Assembly (NCBI GenBank): GCA_965205675.1
Contig: OZ242186.1
Location: 1,280,001-1,344,000 of the forward strand
Direction: 5' to 3'
Source of the DNA: Nitrosopumilus sp.
GTDB taxonomy: Archaea; Thermoproteota; Nitrososphaeria; Nitrososphaerales; Nitrosopumilaceae
DNA length: 64,000 nt
Below, piece after piece: positions 59,684-64,000 of this stretch. The translations under genes were made by a program, and so were the position numbers. Position 1 is the stretch's first letter; every line of letters starts with the position of its first letter. Under the pieces are notes generated by a model. It was not told the origin of the DNA and did no database searches. It saw nothing but the letters and a program-made list of their open reading frames with translations.

Positions 59684-60214
59684 ATGTGGAGATGGTACAG
59701 ATGCTTGCAGCATCATACAAAAATCATGAAAGAGGAAACCACAAACAAAGTAAAAACCAGTCTAGTACGAAAACAAAACGTGATATTTGTAGCAATGGTA
59801 GCAGTTGGGTTATCCCTAACTGTCATGAGCCAGCTTACAGATTCGCGACTGCTAAGTGAAGGCATAGCCTTTATTATAGTTGGATTCGTAGGAATGTTAA
59901 TGTCTTGGACTACGATGGATGTTGGTGCCAGTATCAAAGAAGCAATACATGATGTTGGCAGAAAAAACCTAGCCGCATTGGAATCCATTGCAAAATCTCA
60001 GAAGGAGATAGCATCTTCTCAAAAAGAGATAGCATCATCTCAAAAAGAGATAGCATCATCTCAAAAAGAGATAGCATCATCTCAAAAAGAGATAGCATCA
60101 TCTCAAAAAGAGATGGACACGTCTCTCAAGGAGATAGCATCCTCTCAGAATGAGATCAAAGACATTCTAGGTACACATACTACAATTCTAAAGAACCTAG
60201 AGAAAAAAGACTGA
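59684..60214 (+). CDS. Array gene B copy 2
   Basis: 8 variable heptads. Confidence 0.75.
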   Translation: MWRWYRCLQHHTKIMKEETTNKVKTSLVRKQNVIFVAMVAVGLSLTVMSQLTDSRLLSEGIAFIIVGFVGMLMSWTTMDVGASIKEAIHDVGRKNLAALESIAKSQKEIASSQKEIASSQKEIASSQKEIASSQKEIASSQKEMDTSLKEIASSQNEIKDILGTHTTILKNLEKKD

Positions 60215-60460
60215 GTTTTCAAAAACCCACAATATTTTTTTGACTGAGTCATGCACTCCAAACCGACATTATTTGTAGCAATACAAATCGACTCAGCGAG
60301 TTGGTGTGAGATGTGTAAAGAAAATCAAAATGATTTTTGAAATTATTCCCACAGAGTTGTAACGAATTATTTCCAAAAGGGAATAGCTCAACCCAACTCT
60401 CATGACGGGAATCGTTCTACTGGAAACGTTATTTCAGAATAAAAGGAGGTTGAACCATTT

Positions 60461-61453
60461 ATGGTCCAACAAAATATTACAAGTGCAAGTATCAAAAATG
60501 CACAAAATCAAAAACTGCTCTTGGCAAAAAACTATGTCGAACAAGAACTAGAAACCCAAGGGTACAGAGGTCGCATCAAGTATGATATGACCAACAAAGC
60601 TCTGGTCCAATACAGGACCAAGGAGGGAACAATAGCCGTCATCAAAGAAGGCAAACTGCACATCTTTGAGATGCCAGTCAAAAAGTTCAAGGGGGCACTT
60701 CCATTGGAGACAAATCCAGTGGATATGGATTCCATCAGGACAGAAAAGGCAACATGCTGTAAAAGATGCCATCAATGGAAAAAGACTGCAAACATAACCC
60801 GCTGTCCTTGCGGAGGATATCTGGTTCCAAGAAAGAGATTCTCAGTAGATGCTGTAGAGTCTTGGGATGAAGAGGTCCTCGAGATAGAGTTTGCCAAAAA
60901 AGACATCATCCTAGCAAAGAAGACTGATAGGGTACTATCTCACAAACCAAAGAGATCAACCCCTAAAGGAATCACCGCAAACCTATCTGGAATGTATGCA
61001 GTAGATACTCCGCTAGATACCCACAAGGAAGAGTTGTTGCTAGTTACAGACGGTGAGGATGTAAGAACCATTCGAGTCAGACCCATATCATCATGCAGTC
61101 TGATATTTGTAGCGGCGATAGATTCTGGAATATCTGATGAACAAAAATTTGAGATACTCTCAGAATGCAGAAAGGATGATTCTGAGGACAGACAGTTCCT
61201 ATCTGAGACAGATAGATTTGTCAGAGAACACATCCCACAAAAGGCAAAGAACATGGTGGATTCATGGAATGAACCATCATATCCTTTCAAACTTGGCAGA
61301 AAAGGCAAGACATCAAAGAGAGCCACAAGATCACTCAAGAGAATGGACAAGAGTCATGCCTCAGAGAAAACAAGTCTCAAAAACGGAAAAAAGCCACAGT
61401 TCTTTGCAAGCTCAGTACCAGCAGCACAGACTCTCAAGAATGAGTCAAAGTAA
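60461..61453 (+). CDS. Array gene A copy 3
   Basis: Protein identical to copy 2. Confidence 0.8.
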   Translation: MVQQNITSASIKNAQNQKLLLAKNYVEQELETQGYRGRIKYDMTNKALVQYRTKEGTIAVIKEGKLHIFEMPVKKFKGALPLETNPVDMDSIRTEKATCCKRCHQWKKTANITRCPCGGYLVPRKRFSVDAVESWDEEVLEIEFAKKDIILAKKTDRVLSHKPKRSTPKGITANLSGMYAVDTPLDTHKEELLLVTDGEDVRTIRVRPISSCSLIFVAAIDSGISDEQKFEILSECRKDDSEDRQFLSETDRFVREHIPQKAKNMVDSWNEPSYPFKLGRKGKTSKRATRSLKRMDKSHASEKTSLKNGKKPQFFASSVPAAQTLKNESK

Positions 61454-61593
61454 ATGTCACTGCAAGAAGAGTTTGTGACAGAAAAACATCTTTAAGAAAA
61501 TAAAAACCACAGCACACCCCCAACTTTTTTTTATGTGACCTGACAATCCTCTCAAATCCAATATCATACTATGACACCTGACAGGCAGATTGG

Positions 61594-62082
61594 ATGTGGA
61601 GATGGTACAGATGCTTGCAGCATCATACAAAAATCATGAAAGAGGAAACCACAAACAAAGTAAAAACCAGTCTAGTACGAAAACAAAACGTGATATTTGT
61701 AGCAATGGTAGCAGTTGGGTTATCCCTAACTGTCATGAGCCAGCTTACAGATTCGCGACTGCTAAGTGAAGGCATAGCCTTTATTATAGTTGGATTCGTA
61801 GGAATGTTAATGTCTTGGACTACGATGGATGTTGGTGCCAGTATCAAAGAAGCAATACATGATGTTGGCAGAAAAAACCTAGCCGCATTGGAATCCATTG
61901 CAAAATCTCAGAAGGAGATAGCATCTTCTCAAAAAGAGATGGGCAAATCTCTCAAAGAGATGGACACGTCTCTCAAAGAGATGGACACGTCTCTCAAGGA
62001 GATAGCATCCTCTCAGAATGAGATCAAAGACATTCTAGGTACACATACTACAATTCTAAAGAACCTAGAGAAAAAAGACTGA
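61594..62082 (+). CDS. Array gene B copy 3
   Basis: 6 variable heptads. Confidence 0.75.
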   Translation: MWRWYRCLQHHTKIMKEETTNKVKTSLVRKQNVIFVAMVAVGLSLTVMSQLTDSRLLSEGIAFIIVGFVGMLMSWTTMDVGASIKEAIHDVGRKNLAALESIAKSQKEIASSQKEMGKSLKEMDTSLKEMDTSLKEIASSQNEIKDILGTHTTILKNLEKKD

Positions 62083-62328
62083 GTTTTCAAAAACCCACAA
62101 TATTTTTTTGACTGAGTCATGCACTCCAAACCGACATTATTTGTAGCAATACAAATCGACTCAGCGAGTTGGTGTGAGATGTGTAAAGAAAATCAAAATG
62201 ATTTTTGAAATTATTCCCACAGAGTTGTAACGAATTATTTCCAAAAGGGAATAGCTCAACCCAACTCTCATGACGGGAATCGTTCTACTGGAAACGTTAT
62301 TTCAGAATAAAAGGAGGTTGAACCATTT

Positions 62329-63321
62329 ATGGTCCAACAAAATATTACAAGTGCAAGTATCAAAAATGCACAAAATCAAAAACTGCTCTTGGCAAAAAAC
62401 TATGTCGAACAAGAACTAGAAACCCAAGGGTACAGAGGTCGCATCAAGTATGATATGACCAACAAAGCTCTGGTTCAATACAGGACCAAGGAGGGAACAA
62501 TAGCCGTCATCAAAGAAGGCAAACTGCACATCTTTGAGATGCCGGTCAAAAAGTTCAAGGGGGCACTTCCATTGGAGACAAATCCAGTGGATATGGATTC
62601 CATCAGGACAGAAAAGGCAACATGCTGTAAAAGATGCCATCAATGGAAAAAGACTGCAAACATAACCCGCTGTCCTTGCGGAGGATATCTGGTTCCAAGA
62701 AAGAGATTCTCAGTAGATGCTGTAGAGTCCTGGGATGAGGAAGTCCTCGAGATAGAGTTTGCCAAAAAAGACATCATCCTAGCAAAGAAGACTGATAGGG
62801 TACTATCTCACAAACCAAAGAGATCAACCCCTAAAGGAATCACCGCAAACCTATCTGGAATGTATGCAGTAGATACTCCGCTAGATACCCACAAGGAAGA
62901 GTTGTTGCTAGTTACAGACGGTGAGGATGTAAGAACCATTCGAGTCAGACCCATATCATCATGCAGTCTGATATTTGTAGCGGCGATAGATTCTGGAATA
63001 TCTGATGAACAAAAATTTGAGATACTCTCAGAATGCAGAAAGGATGATTCTGAGGACAGACAGTTCCTATCTGAGACAGATAGATTTGTCAGAGAACACA
63101 TCCCACAAAAGGCAAAGAACATGGTGGATTCATGGAATGAACCATCATATCCTTTCAAACTTGGCAGAAAAGGCAAGACATCAAAGAGAGCCACAAGATC
63201 ACTCAAGAGAATGGACAAGAGTCATGCCTCAGAGAAAACAAGTCTCAAAAACGGAAAAAAGCCACAGTTCTTTGCAAGCTCAGTACCAGCAGCACAGACT
63301 CTCAAGAATGAGTCAAAGTAA
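62329..63321 (+). CDS. Array gene A copy 4
   Basis: Protein identical to copy 2; synonymous SNPs. Confidence 0.8.
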   Translation: MVQQNITSASIKNAQNQKLLLAKNYVEQELETQGYRGRIKYDMTNKALVQYRTKEGTIAVIKEGKLHIFEMPVKKFKGALPLETNPVDMDSIRTEKATCCKRCHQWKKTANITRCPCGGYLVPRKRFSVDAVESWDEEVLEIEFAKKDIILAKKTDRVLSHKPKRSTPKGITANLSGMYAVDTPLDTHKEELLLVTDGEDVRTIRVRPISSCSLIFVAAIDSGISDEQKFEILSECRKDDSEDRQFLSETDRFVREHIPQKAKNMVDSWNEPSYPFKLGRKGKTSKRATRSLKRMDKSHASEKTSLKNGKKPQFFASSVPAAQTLKNESK

Positions 63322-63461
63322 ATGTCACTACAAGAAGAGTTTGTGACAGAAAAACATCTTTAAGAAAATAAAAACCACAGCACACCCCCAACTTTTTTTT
63401 ATGTGACCTGACAATCCTCTCAAATCCAATATCATACTATGACACCTGACAGGCAGATTGG

Positions 63462-63992
63462 ATGTGGAGATGGTACAGATGCTTGCAGCATCATACAGAA
63501 ACAATGAACAAAAAAACAACAAACAAAGTAAGAACCAGTCTAGTACGAAAACAAAACGTGATATTTGTAGCAATGGTAGCAGTTGGGTTATCCCTAACTG
63601 TCATGAGCCAGCTTACAGATTCGCGACTGCTAAGTGAAGGCATAGCCTTTATTATAGTTGGATTCGTAGGAATGTTAATGTCTTGGACTACGATGGATGT
63701 TGGTGCCAGTATCAAAGAAGCAATACATGATGTTGGCAGAAAAAACCTAGCCGCATTGGAATCCATTGCAAAATCTCAGAAGGAGATAGCATCATCTCAA
63801 AAAGAGATAGCATCATCTCAAAAAGAGATAGCATCATCTCAAAAAGAGATAGCATCATCTCAAAAAGAGATGGACACGTCTCTCAAGGAGATAGCATCCT
63901 CTCAGAATGAGATCAAAGACATTCTAGGTACACATACTACAATTCTAGAAAAGCATACTACAATTCTAAAGAACCTAGAGAAAAAAGACTGA
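63462..63992 (+). CDS. Array gene B copy 4
   Basis: 7 variable heptads plus a duplicated HTTIL heptad. Confidence 0.75.
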   Translation: MWRWYRCLQHHTETMNKKTTNKVRTSLVRKQNVIFVAMVAVGLSLTVMSQLTDSRLLSEGIAFIIVGFVGMLMSWTTMDVGASIKEAIHDVGRKNLAALESIAKSQKEIASSQKEIASSQKEIASSQKEIASSQKEMDTSLKEIASSQNEIKDILGTHTTILEKHTTILKNLEKKD

Positions 63993-64000
63993 GTTTTCAA

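Larger units (their letters stand above)
56740..64000 (+). repeat. Tandem array of ~1.85-1.91 kb two-gene units (at least 4, runs off the window)
   Basis: Stops of gene A at 57696, 59543, 61453 and 63321 give periods of 1847, 1910 and 1868 bp. Confidence 0.97.

Noticed and set aside
56740-64000. Diversity-generating retroelement or retron
   Set aside because: No reverse transcriptase; variation is repeat-number and mosaic, not adenine-specific
1-64000. Provirus or archaellum locus
   Set aside because: No recognisable capsid, terminase or portal genes; no archaellin/FlaH; ATPases fit T4P and T4SS families

Overview
Part of a large archaeal mobile element (conjugative plasmid or ICE), most likely from a Nitrosopumilaceae-type thaumarchaeote. 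The evidence is TBP/TFB homologs, an archaeal tRNA, a PEF-CTERM-like sorting tail, a cupredoxin domain and mostly leaderless genes. No core housekeeping genes are present. The backbone is mostly on the + strand. It encodes a type IV pilus set (prepilin peptidase, assembly ATPase, TadC-like platform, several pilin-like proteins, large adhesin-like proteins) and a type IV secretion/conjugation set (VirB4, VirD4-like ATPase, VirB6-, VirB3- and VirB2-like proteins). It also has a ParB-like protein, an actin-like ParM/ParR pair with palindromic sites, two surface-anchored nucleases, and its own divergent TBP and truncated TFB. Backbone genes share a C-rich TTTAAA promoter 28-29 nt before the start codon. 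AT-rich cargo islands interrupt the backbone: two RM systems, hicBA, matrixin, IS3/IS6-like/IS630/IS481 pieces and tiny IR-IR scars. Main oddities: a tRNA with a Ser-type body but a Leu (TAA) anticodon, a protein built of 465-bp near-identical wHTH repeats at the left edge, and a tandem array of at least four ~1.9-kb two-gene units with hypervariable heptad repeats at the right edge. All assignments come from reading motifs by eye; no searches were run.
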